IMG/VR virus record: IMGVR_UViG_3300047447_000196
Span: 1 to 64,000 of that record
Direction: 5' to 3' (one strand)
Origin: a virus
Lineage: Duplodnaviria > Caudoviricetes
Length of the DNA stretch: 64,000 nucleotides
Shown: in pieces, positions 63,134 through 64,000 of the stretch
Layout: every line of letters starts with the position of its first letter
Position numbering within the stretch: the stretch's first letter is position 1
Translations under genes and position numbers: made by a program
The notes under the pieces: generated by a model
Seen by the model: the letters and a program-made list of their open reading frames with translations, nothing else
Told to the model about the DNA's origin: nothing
The model's database searches: none

Positions 63134-63165
63134 AAAAAGCCCGCCCACCGCGAAGGTGGACGGGC
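63132..63165 (-). terminator. Intrinsic terminator (minus strand)
   Basis: GCCCGTCCACC-TTCGC-GGTGGGCGGGC-T7. Confidence 0.6.
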
Positions 63166-63178
63166 GACTCACAACAAG

Positions 63179-63574
63179 ATGACCATCTACTACTACATCC
63201 TCGACGAGAACAAGCAGGCCCAGCCGGTCCACGACGTGTACGTGTGGGCCGACTACCAGGACGCGCACAAGCGGGTCGCCTCGACCCGGCGCGGCAAGGT
63301 ATGGGTCTCGACCGTCTTCCTCGGCATCGACCACCAGTTCGGCGACGGCCCGCCGCTGGTCTTCGAGAGCATGGTGTTCGGCGGCCCGAAGGACCAGTAC
63401 ATGGACCGTTACAGCAGCTACGACGACGCCCTCATGGGCCACCGGCGCATGTGCCGGATCGCGTTCCCGCCGGTGGCGCCGACCGCCAGCCGCAACCTGC
63501 GCGAGGGCCGCTACCTCGACCGCACGATCTCGCGCCGGCTGGCGGCCGGCCTGCTGCAACGACTGGCGCCTTAG
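63179..63574 (+). CDS. Phage hypothetical protein
   Basis: VSTVFLGIDHQFGDGPPLVFESMVFGG...RYSSYDDAL.GH. Confidence 0.7.
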   Translation: MTIYYYILDENKQAQPVHDVYVWADYQDAHKRVASTRRGKVWVSTVFLGIDHQFGDGPPLVFESMVFGGPKDQYMDRYSSYDDALMGHRRMCRIAFPPVAPTASRNLREGRYLDRTISRRLAAGLLQRLAP

Positions 63575-64000
63575 CCGCCCTCGAACATCCTTCTCTCCGC
63601 GGCGCGGCGCAGCACCAGGCCGCGTAGCTCGCGCCCACCGGCGAAGCGCCACTTCGGAAATTCCGCGGCGGCCCCGCTCCAGTCCTTGCGGCGGATTTTT
63701 CTCCTGAGCGTGCTGGCCGTGAGGCTCCCGAGGCCCAGGTTGTACGCGAACGAGGTCACGGCCGCGAGCCGGGCCGGGTACGGCGCCAGCTCCGGGCACA
63801 GCTGCAACACGCGCAGCATGAACCCGCCGGCCTCGCTGGCCAGCAGCATGTCGCACTGGGTCTGCGTGGCCGTGTCGCCCTCCTTCACCCCGCGCGTCGA
63901 TCCCCAGCATATTGTCCAGATCGAGACAGCGTCCTTGTAGGCCCGCAGCCGGCAGCCCTCGAACGCCCGGATCAGGCGCAGGGCCAGTTCGAGCGCATCG
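63571..64000 (-). CDS. GH24 lysozyme/endolysin (start lies beyond right edge)
   Basis: Hand-extended: LIRAFEGCRLRAYKDAVSIWTICWGST...SFAYNLG...STL.RK...AAAEFPKW..AGG..LRGLVLRRAAER. Confidence 0.92.
   Translation of the reverse strand, partial: DALELALRLIRAFEGCRLRAYKDAVSIWTICWGSTRGVKEGDTATQTQCDMLLASEAGGFMLRVLQLCPELAPYPARLAAVTSFAYNLGLGSLTASTLRRKIRRKDWSGAAAEFPKWRFAGGRELRGLVLRRAAERRMFEGG

Larger units (their letters stand above)
1..64000. mobile_element. Temperate tailed phage genome segment with plasmid replicon (putative phage-plasmid)
   Basis: Terminase, portal, scaffold, capsid, lysin, cI/cro and Q co-occur with TrfA-like Rep plus iterons, ParA/ParB, a resolvase and Doc TA. No host housekeeping genes or tyrosine integrase seen. 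Confidence 0.88.

Overview
The whole window reads as part of one temperate phage genome, about 66% GC by eye. The host is inferred to be betaproteobacterial and probably Oxalobacteraceae-like, from the SSB and H-NS sequences. It appears to be a phage-plasmid. It combines a podovirus-type head module (terS, terL, portal, scaffold, N4-gp56-like major capsid protein, adaptor), a lambda-like cI/cro switch with 3+3 operators, a Q-like antiterminator, helicase/primase, recombination genes and a GH24 lysin. It also carries a plasmid maintenance kit: TrfA-like initiator with iterons and DnaA boxes, ParA/ParB with parS-like palindromes, a serine resolvase and a Doc toxin-antitoxin pair. No tyrosine integrase is visible in the window. 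The strongest discovery is that the major capsid gene is split into three exons (36, 69 and 840 nt) by two small ORF-less group I introns, which the ORF track misses. Other notable items: a portal with a ~375-aa ejection-protein/pre-toxin-like extension, a methyltransferase-GT9 fusion in the head operon, a 1389-aa two-CAZyme virion protein, a thrice-repeated structured leader, a Cro-DUF4406 fusion, an RNAP alpha-CTD mimic and twin H-NS proteins with altered AT-hooks. All family assignments come from motif recognition by eye; no database search was run.
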